From: Dicyema japonicum
Taxonomy: Eukaryota > Animalia > Dicyemida
Length of the DNA stretch: 64,000 nucleotides
Direction of reading: 5' to 3'
Assembly: GCA_011109175.1 (NCBI GenBank)
Contig: RDEW01000026.1
Location: 214,761-278,760 of the forward strand
In this document: positions 9,864 to 22,100 of the stretch, piece by piece
How positions within the stretch are numbered: position 1 is the first letter of the stretch
How the letters are laid out: every line of letters begins with the position of its first letter
Program-made: the position numbers and the translations under genes
The notes under the pieces: generated by a model
Database searches by the model: none
Seen by the model: only the letters and a program-made list of their open reading frames with translations
Told to the model about the DNA's origin: nothing

Positions 9864-12800
9864 ATGGCAAATTTTTCAGTTCTGGAAACAAATAAACGAA
9901 AAAACGACAAGGATCTCCAGGATAGCCAGTCAAAGCGCAAAAGGCACATCCTCAACGTTCTCGATTCTGAATTAAGTCAAAAATTTAAAATATACAACCA
10001 TAACGTGTCTGAGTTGTTTTTAAAACAACAAATGAGAGATACTAGTCCAATTTCTCATTTCGACTTCTTTTCACATTGGAAGCTTGACGATGACTTCTCA
10101 TTCACAGAGAAGGCCCTCTTGGTTCTTCCAAATTGTAATGTCATAGGAGAAGGGAATCATGCTGACTCATCCAAATTTAATGAAACGTATTCACCGCATT
10201 AACTTTTAGAAACGGAAACAATCCCTTCTCAGTTCCAGAGTCCTCACCATGAAGAATCCGATGACCCTAGAAATAACAGAACGTTGAATAATGAGAGTCT
10301 GTCGATCCTAGAACGAGCCAAGAAGGTATATTTAAGGTGGTATTTCTAGGATGCGGCTATTCTGAAAAAGGTGGCCCACTTGAGGAAGACAGGACTCTGG
10401 TCTATCAAACAACTCCCTAAAATACGGGAATCCGACAGAAGCAAGTCCCATTGGGACTACCACCTTGAAGAAATGAGGTGGATGGCTAAGGATTTTAAAA
10501 TTGGTGGGAGATGGAAAATAGCTTCTGCCAGTTTGGTTTGTCTCAATGTTCATTAATCTAGGTATCCAATCTGTGCAAAAAGTGTTACTTAAAGACACAA
10601 TTAGATGAGGAAATGACGTATTCAAAGCTTCTCCAAGTAAAGGATACAAACCAAAATGAGTATATTGAGAATTTGGACACAGTTAACTCCGTATATATGG
10701 TTATTAACGGTAGAATGGGGAATCTGATAATATGTCAACTAATTATGCGATGGATAACAACAACTACTCTCACAAATTGGAAATATCTGATAATAGAGAG
10801 CACGTGGTTGTCTGCCAACTGTCACCAACACAGACACGACTGTATAACAGCCAAATTGACAAAATAAGGTCATTTTATTGCTATTATTATAGAAATATGA
10901 CCTCATCTAGTGATTTCAGTGGATTTAACAGCATCTTGTTAGCTTTAATACAAATTTGTGATCATCCTGACTTGGTAGAACAACATACTGTTAGATTTCC
11001 GTTCAGGTCCCCTCAAATAATCCACCAAACCCCCGAATGATCCCAAATATGTTGAATTCCGTCTCAAAAGAAGTAATATTAGTTTTATTATAGAAACCTG
11101 ATATTATTGGGATATTTGGGGATAACCTCTTAGAGATGTGTAGGTACTCCGTCTATGATTTCGATTCAATCAGAAACATTAGATTTGACTTGCATTTTAT
11201 GTTCACAACTGTAACAGCACCTCCCGTTTTGAAGCACGTGGGTGGAGTTGACTTGAATTTGTTGTTAAATTCCGCCTGTTTGGTAGTTTTGTTTCTCATA
11301 GTTAAGAAAACGTGTTCTCTGGTCCGTCACGGAAAGAATACCAATAGGGGTCATCTCCGTAGAAAGAAAAAGACCCTAAAATTAGTTCCGATCGAGCGAT
11401 TTCGAGGATTTTCTCGTAATTTCAAGAATATATACGTCTCACGTAATAGGGGACTGTGGAAAGTTAGTTAAACTATAATCTCAGTTATCCGTGGTTGAGG
11501 ACTTGAGTGGCAATTGGGATGAAGATAAGACAAAGAGATTATCTGCCTCTAATGATCGCAATCATAACTTACGGATTACTCAGCCAATGTACGGCAGAGA
11601 TCTCCTCTCACTAGTAAATGTGTACACGTCCTCTAAAAATGGTTCTTTATCTGTCACCTGTCTCTCGAATGTGGAGGATCTTAACAGTTGTGAGGTTTAT
11701 TTGTCTACCACAACCACTCTGTGGAATATCATAAAGTCTCCATTGTCTTATAAAAATGTCTCAGTTTATAATCAGTATTCAAAAGTGGTCATTTTAGGCT
11801 ATTTTTTGTTGTGAACAGGTTATCTGCGCTCCCACTATCTTAGAGACATCGGGTCACTGCAGAGTATCCACTCAACTGGTTGGGGATGTATATAAAAGCT
11901 TTAACTGTGAGGATATATCAACTAAATTGGTTCCAATCACTGACAGGAAGAGAGTCAAGTTGGTTTGTGGTGAGCTGTCTGTTCTAAAGGTTAGGAAAAC
12001 TACAAATACTTGATGATATTTTAAAACAATTACAAAAAATTAGCAAAAAGCCAGTAATTATTACAAAAATGCACAAAATGTTGGATTTGCTTGAAGAATT
12101 TTTGACCTCATATTCCTATCGATACATAAGAATTGACAATACAACCTACTACAAACAAGAACTGCTAAACATGTTTTGTTGTGATTCCAACTATTTTGTG
12201 CTTATAATGATTGCCAAACCTGGCTATCTAGACATGTCTAGTCTCAACACTGTCATTTTCTATGATCAAGAATGGAGTGACACCTTTGTTGATGGGATCA
12301 CTGATTTGCCTGAATCACTGAGGAATGCTAATATTTATAGGTATTTAGTTTATTAATTAAGACTGTTTAATAAGAACACTGTCGAGGAATGTTTAATTAA
12401 GGCAGCACATGAAGGACGATTTCAGAGAAACAGAAGTGAGGGAACTCATATATCCATTAATGATCACATTTGTAGAATGCTGCAGATTCCAAGAGTTATG
12501 GATGTGAACATTGGGGACACGGATGATAACATGGTAGTTTAAATTATTATATTTAGAAATTTATTGAAGAATGTAGCCCATCTGTTCAGATGGAAATTCA
12601 AGATGAGTCTTCATTTGATTTTGAAAATGATTTCTTTGATGAACAATTTCAAAAATCAGATCAGAATGATCAAGAGATCTACAGATATGACCAAATTGAC
12701 TCATTTGGTAAAGATTTGTTTGTGAACCCACTAATGGACTATGACCCTCAACCTCAAGAATGGGAGAATTATTTTTTTAATCACAAAGATCAGGTTGTTT

Positions 12801-15061
12801 GTTAATTATGACTTTTAGGAACTTGATTTGAATGAATCGGTGGAATTTGTTCTTATTTTTAGGGATTTTACGAATCCGATGATTATATTTACGGGGAGGA
12901 TATCCCAGAAGTATACTTACCGCCAATAGTCCCGGATTCCATTGTTCCTGTTGAAGTAGAACATACTGAACAGATCTATAGAAGTGATTGTAGTTAATCA
13001 ACTTAATTTAGCTGGTGTTTTTACCCGTCGACCAAAGCGATGTGAGAAACATGAACGGAAATTGTCTACTTTTTTCAATCAAGATGGAATTTTGCCTGGG
13101 AAAATAGAACCAAAGCGACGTGGGGACAGAAAACTCCTTCAGACTGTGGATGCCAAACAAGAATGGCTGATTGACGAAGAATGGTCCATTTTACAGGTAT
13201 TTTGATTTGTTGTATTCCCAGACATCGCGTCGACTCCTCATGAGACCAAACCTTCTAAGTTCTTCAATTGCCTCCAATTGGAATTTGAGTTCACATGCGG
13301 TTGCAATAAGGACGGGGTGTGTGGTGTCCTCGAGACTCATTTCGAGTCGGTTCTACTCCACGATTGGTCCTAGGGAAGAAGGGAAGTACCTGACAGAACT
13401 CAACACTCGTAAGGCAGTCAGAGGGAGATTCATAGTTTGACTTTGTCCTCATTTAGTTTCCGAAAACCAATAAGCAGATAAGGACAGATGAACTTTATGT
13501 CAGAGACGACGGATTTGCCATTCAGGACTCAATGGAGAAGGTTATTTCACTATTCTCTGTGGATTCTTTTGAATACAAACGTTTTAATCTCAACGTGTGT
13601 CCACCACCCAAGAACTATTTCATGCCAAAAAGGTCGCTTTCTGTGGAAAAGGTTGAAGCGCACAAAGTAAAACTCCAATCTATTTATGGGAGGCAAATAA
13701 AATTGATATACTTCAATTATATTTGTCATAAACGTCCCAAAAAAGAGGAGAGTACACCCGAAATACTTCCATTTAAGGTTAATTTACTATTTATGAAAGT
13801 TCCAGAGTCTCTGTTTTTCCATTAAAGATGGAATCCTGTTTTTCAAACGAATTACCAAACGATATAGCTCCATTCCCACAAACTTTGTAAAAGATCAAAG
13901 TTGTCGGATAAGATCAAAGCCATACCTTTTGTATTCTACTGCAGTGGGTTGTCTTTTTTATTATATTAGTAGTGGCTCGCTGTAGGTCTAATGCTATTCG
14001 TATGCTGTACTCCATGCAGTACTGTTACTTCCTTTGTCTTGTGGGTTGCGTACTCCCAAAGCAGCAGAAAGGGACTGCTCATTTGGGTGGAAAGAACTAT
14101 CGGTTTCAATCACGGGTACTTTGTTTATTTACTGAAGTATGAGCAGGAGATGATACTGAAACAGCAGTATAGAAGGCAGGTGGAACAACCAGAACAGAAG
14201 GTGTGCCTTTTTATAATAAAATAGAATCCCCGTCCAGTAATGAACCCCACTGCCTATGTAGATGTACTCCTGCTGAATAATTTTTAGGAATCAAAGTACC
14301 GTCAGTATTACACCAAAACATCCCAGGTTCCAGTTCAGTATGTACAAAACAGTCCCAATATGCGTCCAGTTGTTGTTTGATTATTTACTATAGAGTCCTC
14401 TCTATTCTGGTGGATATTCTATCCCCAACTATGTGCCACAGTCTCCTGTTCCTCATCGATCCCCCTTAGGATATATTCCTCGTAACTCATACGCCCATAA
14501 AATACCCCGACAGATGTCAAATATGTACAGTCAAATGTATGACTCGACTGGGTGTATGACTGGCTCCCCTGTTCGGAGAAATTGTGATTGCTGTGGTAAT
14601 TTTAGTATCCTCAGCTTATTTGGAAGAGCAAAGTCGACGAAATAACCAAATGACGGGTTCTATCCCACAGAGAACACAAATGCCTCGTATTTTTTAGTTA
14701 AACTGTGGTAGAGCAAATAAGATCGAGTAATATCAACTTGGTTGGTAGATCGGGGATCCCTGTCCCTACTCTACAAAGGAGGCCGAATTCCGTCATAAAC
14801 AGACCTACATATGTTGGAATGAGCATGTCTAGTACTCCCACACCTACAATTGTGTCTTCAAGTCAGAGACCGATAAGATTGCAAGTAAGTAATAATAATG
14901 GGAATCTCCGTCTTCCAACCTCTGAACCATCTAATCGTAATCAATTGACTATTTCAGTGACTAATATTGGTGTTACTCTCCCTTCTTCAATTTCTTGGCC
15001 TTCCTCTTCTCATCTGGGTATCAATAATCCCAATCACCCTTATTACAACCAATACAGATGA
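9864..15061 (+). CDS. EP400: p400/Domino (SWR1 family)-like protein, multi-exon. It has an HSA domain, a degenerate helicase lobe 2, a SANT domain and a P/S/Q-rich tail; ATPase lobe 1 is absent.
   Basis: HSA: LRKTGLWS...KSHWDYHLEEMRWMAKDF. Post-lobe-1 segment: EHVVVCQLS...LIQICDHPDL. Lobe 2: MHKMLDLLEEFL...TVIFYDQEW. SANT: EWLIDEEWSILQ...NWNL...PREEGK. Tiny GT-AG introns join the frames at the junctions I traced. Confidence 0.85.
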
Positions 15062-15139
15062 TTTTGTAAAATATTCAATTTGTTTATTTAATGGCTTTTT
15101 ATTAAGAGGAATATAAGCTTAATAAAATAAATTTTTTAT

Positions 15140-16225
15140 TTGAAAAAAGTGGTTAACGGCCTGCGTGGCTATTCCCTCTCCAACACCGCAGGCTCAAGTG
15201 AACTAGATGTCGAAACGGCGAGTAGAACAAACAAGAAATCCTCGTTTAAGACCACATACTTTGCTCGTTTCAACGAACCGGCCTTCTCACCGGCTGAACA
15301 GGCAAATTCCTTGCATTTAGAATAACACAAAACCAACACAAGAACACCTACTCGACAAAAGACAAACCTACATCCCATGATTTCTCTTTATGTTCCCCCT
15401 CATCAACTGGACTGTAAAATATGAACTAAGAAGTGATCACAACCTTATCATGATGAAAATCAACACTGAAAATAAATTTATCAGACAGAATTCCACTTTT
15501 TTAAATTTTGAAACTTGTCTAATTACATCGACACAAATATGGAAGTATTTTACACATTGGTATTCTCATCAATTGACCACATGATCAAAACTTTCACGTT
15601 ATACGCAAGAAAATTATTAATTCCAATGCCATCAAGCAAGGAATACCTATTATAATATACATACAAAAACACTTATCAGAAAAAAAAAAATAAATTTAAA
15701 AGGCAAAAGAATTCATCAAATGACGATTTTCAAAAATGAAAACCTTAAATATACAAATTAAACAAGTTACCCAATCTAGAATCAAGAAGCGATGTACATC
15801 ACTTAGAATCAAGAAACCCCTTTCCCAGCTTTGAAATTGTTGTACAAACAATTCATTGAGCCTTCTGTCAGCTATGCCTATGCGTCATGGGGAATCAATC
15901 TGTCCTGGACGAATAAACAAAGAATCCGCGCCTTAACAGCCACTATTTTAGTAATCTCGGGAAACTAGAAAAACTAACCCCCTCATCACTTGAAGAACTT
16001 ATCCGACAAAATGGAAAGTGATTTGCTACACTGTGCAGGCAGTGCAACTCTCAACAATACACAGCCACGATATGTTTTATGAGAAGGGCATAATCATCCC
16101 CTCTCCGATTCCTATTTCCCAAACTCGCCCACAGAGAAGTTGTGTTGGATCCCAGAAGGCGCTCGAAGAGAAAATGAGAAATCTGATAGAGGCCTTCGAG
16201 ATCACTTAATTTAGTAATTAAATTA
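15140..16225 (+). mobile_element. Internally deleted Vingi-like LINE (family C-related)
   Basis: APE C-terminus WTVKYELRSDHNLI and PSVSYAYASWG. The 3' end resembles the reverse complement of 41400-41520. Confidence 0.6.
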
Positions 16226-16269
16226 ACTATTGGTGTTCTTGGGTTAATAATAATTTTCATTTGGATTTA

Positions 16270-16520
16270 CATGTGATGAATTGATAGCAAAGAACTGAAA
16301 CCTCATACTGCTTGTCGTATCATTGCTCGGACTATGTTTGGTCATAAATATGAACAAAAATTAATGAAGATACCTTTGTCAGATAACACTGTTTCTCGTC
16401 GGTTCTTTGTCGGAGAATATTAAAAACAATGTCTTATTTTCTATTAATTACAACTTATGAATCCACAGACATTTGAGCAATTGGTCATTTGTTGGCATAT
16501 GATTTGTCTATTTAGGGAAA
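16270..16520 (+). pseudogene. Buster/ZBED5-type hAT transposase fragment
   Basis: Reads AK..KPHT...RTMFGHKYEQKLMKIPLSDNTVSRR, then a CWHMICLFRE-like CxxH region. Confidence 0.7.
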
Positions 16521-16624
16521 ATTACAATACTTGTAAGCCTCTAAAATTCGTTTATTTTAATATTTTAAAATTTATAAATGACAATAATATTGTTAATTTT
16601 TATTATTTATGTAAATCAAATAAA

Positions 16625-18900
16625 AAAAGGACGAAACATTAGTTAGCTGCCGCCCTCACTGCGTGGCTGTTCCTCTCAGAATTGCGAGCGAAATTCGCTC
16701 AAACAGCCAGCGGCGTTCGCGGAGATCTCTAGTGCATGAAGTGATCCGGTTTCCAAGACGTCCGAAAAATTCTAATGTAGAAAGGGAGTAGGATTCGGAA
16801 GTCTCCATAGCAAGGGGAACAAATTTGAAATTATCGGGAAGGTCGCCGTATTTTTCGAGTTTGGCCTTCTCTGCCTTGACGGCTGCAGAGGAGGCCCTTG
16901 GAGCGCACTCGTAAAGATTGTTCGGGGCGAACGTGTCTGTACATGTCACGTCCCAAACAAGTGGTTTCCCGGCCTTAAAGGGAAATATGGTCATCCCGTC
17001 CGGTCGTTTCCCGTCACTTCTGCATAACCCGACCGGTTCAAAAATGGCCGAGTATCCAGAAGCATCCATAGCCCGCTTGACAATCTCATTCAGAGCCTTG
17101 TACCTTGGATATCTGCCAGCGCTCCTCTTGCAGACTAGAGGGTGCAGGCCATAGCAGTCTATCAGAACACCACATCGACACGGGTGAGGTACACATACTT
17201 TCAGTCCTAGCCGCAGAAGATACCACTTCTAACGCATTCATTATCCAGAAAGGTGCCCAGAGCTCATTTGGGATGGCGTTTAGCCAAGCTCCGCTCTCAT
17301 GGGAAGCCCCGAAAGCAAACAAGCGCGTCGGTGCTGATTGGCTATTCCAGTAAGAGTCCAAATGATTTCCAGCACAATAAATTGTCCAGGTTTCGCTGGC
17401 AGTCTTGTGAAGGTGGCAGGGGGAGGTTGTGGCATTCTAGGCTTCTCGTGCGTGGTTATGTCTTGGTCAATTGAGAATTCGGGTAGGGAGTGTAGAATCC
17501 TCTTGACATGGGAGCTACAGCCCACTAGCGATGATAGGTATGAAGGGAGAGAAAGGTCCACAGGGTTCCGAATTCCAAGTCTTCCGGGTCTCACTGGTAG
17601 CGTGGTTTGCTTCCATGAGTAATCCTCGAACCGGACGTTGAAGATACGTTCTGCTGTCGTACGGAAGATCTCGTTAATCTTCGCGAGTTGGTCATACAGG
17701 GTGAAATAAGGAGCAGTCCTCAGGATATATGCAAGCCTCTGTACGTTGAGACTGTTTTTCAGGAGGAATAATGCTGTGTGCATATCAAGTAGACACAAGC
17801 GGTTCAGAGTCTTGCTTCGAGTGACAGTCGTTTTTCACGTATAGCTCTTCCCATTGCATTTATGGTGATCGGGGATCCGAGAATATAAGTTCTTCATCGG
17901 GTGGAAATACTTCCAGGCAGTAAATTTCCGAAACATGACAAAGCTTTTGAATACTTCTCTGAAAGTCCGCAATTGTAGATTTCGCATTTAGTGTAATTTA
18001 ATTCCGCCTCCAACAATGCAGGAATTATCACTTCCAAATCCCGGAAAACAGTATCCGGGGTCCTCCGAGGACCGCATCATCCAGATACCATAGGTTGAGG
18101 GGCGAGCACGGAAGTTTGGTGATTTTCTCTATTGCACGACAAAACAATAGGGTCCAAGGGGATCTCCCTGTTGCACTCCAGAATACGAATGGATTAGGTA
18201 GTCCCCGAAAAGTAAGGATGAAGGTAGACTGTATGACTGATTCACAAAATTCGAAAATATTAGGGCATTTCTCAACACACGCCTCCAGGATATTGTCCCT
18301 TCTTAGACTATTGAAGGCGTTATTGATGTCCAGTTTGACCAGGACATGTCCCCGGGAATCTTCTATTCTGTGGTTTATGAATGTCCTCACTGAATGGACA
18401 GCGGCCTCGCATCCCAAGTGAATACCGACGCCTACTTGAGGGAGGTTCAAGAATTTTGTGACGAGTGGAATAGAATGTCTGGAGGCAATTTTAGTAGCAA
18501 GTCTTCTGAAGACATAGACGTCAGCAACTGGTCGTACTCACCCGCCCTTCTTATTGAAGGCTATCAAATTGGCGGAGAACAGGACATGGCGCATAACTTT
18601 GGGAAGAATTCCAGACATGATCTGATTCATAAGTGAAGTAATTGAATTTGTAAGACGAAGTACCTGGTCTCCTACAGACAAAGAGTTAGATCCTTCAGGT
18701 AGCCATGTCTCATTCTGTCGAACCCGACACTGCTACTAGAGACAAAATTCCGTATTGCGAGGAGAACTTCATCGTTTGATGTAATCAGGGGACTCACTCC
18801 GGATGAGGGAGCGACTTGGCGTAGGTTTTGGGGTGGCAGTGGATGCTTGTTCAGTAAAATATTGTAGGCGTCTGGAGTCGGTTTTCGTGGTCCACTCGAG
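16625..18900 (-). mobile_element. Near full-length decayed CRE-clade retrotransposon (subfamily A): RT plus restriction-like endonuclease
   Basis: QVGVGIHLGCEAAVH, VLVKLDINNAFNSLRR, WYLDD and KRPDGMTIFPFKAGKPLVWDVTC, with frameshifts. Confidence 0.9.
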
Positions 18901-19103
18901 GAAAGTGCCCTGATGGCTACCCACCTTCGATTTTAAAATTTACTATATTATTTGTTTCCGTAAGCGAGTTGTGGCTAAATATCCTCTAGGCGAATTTGGG
19001 GATCACACGACCATCGAAGTGAATATCTTTAATTGACTAGGAAGAAATGGAAATTTAGAAGGTTAAAGTAGATGGAGTAAACCTAAGATGTTAGTATTAA
19101 TTA

Positions 19104-22100
19104 TTATTTAGTAGAGCAGAGAAGAGCAGTGCCTCTGAAAATCCAGTGATAATTTGGTTCCAAACTCTTCAACCGAATTGAGGCAATAAAATTAATTCCA
19201 GATCTTTGGGGATTTTTGTAAATTGGGCAAACATAAAAACTCTCTTTTATAGCATTAATACTGCTAACTGCGAAAAGACGAATAACAGGCATATCCTCGT
19301 AAATAATCTACAAATATTTATTATAAAAACCTTAAATTTAGATTCTTTAAGACGACAGCGTTTCCTATCCCATCCAGCACCTTCAAGAAACAATCCATGA
19401 ATATACACGCCCTCCGACGCCTTCTCAGAGACTTCGTCTTTGAAAAAGTGCATGACTTGATTGTGCAAGACAGCACAGTCCAAATTCCACCCTTTATGGT
19501 CCCTCACAGATTCCTACACTCAACTGAATTCTAACCTGTAGTACAGCTGTTAGAAATCCCTGAGGATTAAAAAACCCAGGAAGCCAAAAAGATATTGGTC
19601 TGCCATTGTTAAGCCAATCAGAGTACTGTGAACTTCTTTTGACCAATTCATTAATCCATAGAGCAAGTGAATGAGTGACCCAAGAAAACTAAATTGATTG
19701 ATGTAATTAACTTTAATCCATATTTTGGAAACTCGTAAATTATAAATATTATTGAAAGTCTCTTTAAGTTCGTCATTCATCACTATTGTTCCATTAATGG
19801 CCAAAATTAAGTTATCCACAGTTTGCTTGATCAAATTGACTAGTCTTTCCATTCGTTCTAGTTCCTGTCTTAAAAATATAATCATTGGTTGGCCAATCCC
19901 GAATTCATGAAGACGTTGATTTACCTAAAATTTATTACCCACTAACTTCGCCGTAGACGGGTAGAATGGAAAGAATCTCTTTACAAAATCTGAGGACAAA
20001 TGCCTCCTTCGACTCACTACTGTACACATTAGTGTCACTAGGCATCACGTTTACAATACTGGAGAGGCAATACTCAGCAGCATTTCGACAGTATCTATTT
20101 TAATGTTCAACAATACGTTATTTCAGCATTATTGTCAAGTCCAAAAACATGAGGGGAGTCATTGTCAGCAAATTCATTAATTTTTGTCAAAATCTCAATT
20201 TTATTACGGTCTTTAGGATATTGGTAATTGTTAATGTTATAATTTGGACGGAAAATGTGATCACCAAAGTATTTGCTGCAAAATGATATCAAAAGTCTCT
20301 TATCAAAGTCATCAGTCACCCGTCCCCCATACATAATTTCCCCAATCATATAGTGGATGCAGTTCCAAGAAATACCCTACAAAATAAGTTATTTGTAACC
20401 CTTTTGGGATCCACATCGTCCAAATAATTAAAAATAAACTGGACACTGCTGTTAAAGTCGGAGGCATTGAATTCATACGGAACATTCCAACCCAATGGAC
20501 CAAACTTCCTCCTCTCCTGCAGAATACTGTGCATGAAGGCTGTCGTAAATATGAGAGGAGTCCACTGAGTGGACGGCATTGATTCAAAAAAGTCTTCATT
20601 GATCGAATGATAGGTTCTCTTCAAGCCAGCTCGAATACCACACGGAGGTTCAGAAGTGTATTTAAGAGAAATCCGTCTAAAACAATAAATATTACTTGGA
20701 GGAAGTTAATAGGGAATTTATCATGATATTCCGTGGTTATCCAAAGACGGAAATCACTGTGAATATAGTGGGATGGATTTATCAAAATTTGGAGAATAGT
20801 TTCCAAAAAGTCAAAATCCAAGTGGCAATTTTGAAGCAAAACCCAGTTTCCATTAAGCATTGCAGATTGTAATTTCTTAATGGCTATGGTTTGTTGTCCC
20901 TGCCCCATACTAACGGAGGACAAATCTGTTTTATTACAAAATAAGCACCTGTCTCATATTTCTTGGACAGAATATCGATAGATTCAGTAGGGTCAGACCC
21001 AATGGCCAGTATTCCTAACAGCGGGATACGTGACGTTGATTCTTTTAACATTTCTTCAAAGTTGAGGACATTCCCCTCCACATATTTGTCTCCCATGCTG
21101 AATGAGACAAAATCTTTGGCACAGGAAAGCATTCGTTCGGGGAGAAAACATCGAATAAGCAATAATTGTTGGAATTTACTAAGAAATTCAGAGTAACCGT
21201 TTGGAAGTGGTTGTGTTTCAGGAGAATTGTGATCATACCACAATTTCCAGGTTTTCTCGTTATCCTTAATAACATTTATAATTCCTGTGAATTTTTGAAG
21301 TTTGGACAATGACAATAAATTGAGCCAAATGTGATCCTGAATCCAACTAAACTTGTTAGGTTCAACAGATCTTAAATCTAGAGAATCCCCACCTACAAAT
21401 AATTACAAGAGAACCTTTAAGGAAGGTAATATATTCCTCTTTACGAATATCTTTAGCTTTCAAGCCAATTTTCATTACTAATAAAAGAATAAACGTGAAT
21501 TTGTCCTTTTCGAGATATCCCCTAACAGCATGGGTGAAGACGTTATATGTCAAGGTATCTATTATAGTCTGCACTCTTTTAGCCGTTAAAATTTCCTTGG
21601 GAGTCCTAAGTAGATAGAAATTGACTACTTTGTTATGGAACTGACAAAAAGGTTCATAAACTGATCAAGGGATATTGCATACATGCAGTTCACCTGGGAC
21701 ATTTCAAATATTGTAAAGTAAAGAATTGCCCCTCGAATTGCCACATGTCTGTATTCCTCCTCAATATTGTAGATTTTGATTTGAGTTTCTTCAGAGACTT
21801 CTAGTTGGTGACTAACAGTGATCTCTGTCTGTTTAGTTTCCTGGAGTACTTGTAGTAATGTTTTATCCTCTACCAGAGATCCCTTATAACTGTTTAGCAT
21901 AAATACCTTTATACTAATTAATCTTGATAGAAGATTATCCTCGAGTTGTTTTATTAGTAATTTATTATTCATTACTTGATGAACTAACGATATTCTTTCT
22001 TTTTCCAACTCCTCCTGTTCATAGTGAATCACTGACTTGAGCAATTGTTCTTCCAAACCTGATTCAGTAACAGTCATGTCGACTATTGAGGTTTTACTGC

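Noticed and set aside
18880-18930. CACT-TTCCTCG-AGTG resembling HDV P3/L3 near the CRE 5' end
   Set aside because: No P2 partner, P4 or J4/2 is present, and P1 is poor.
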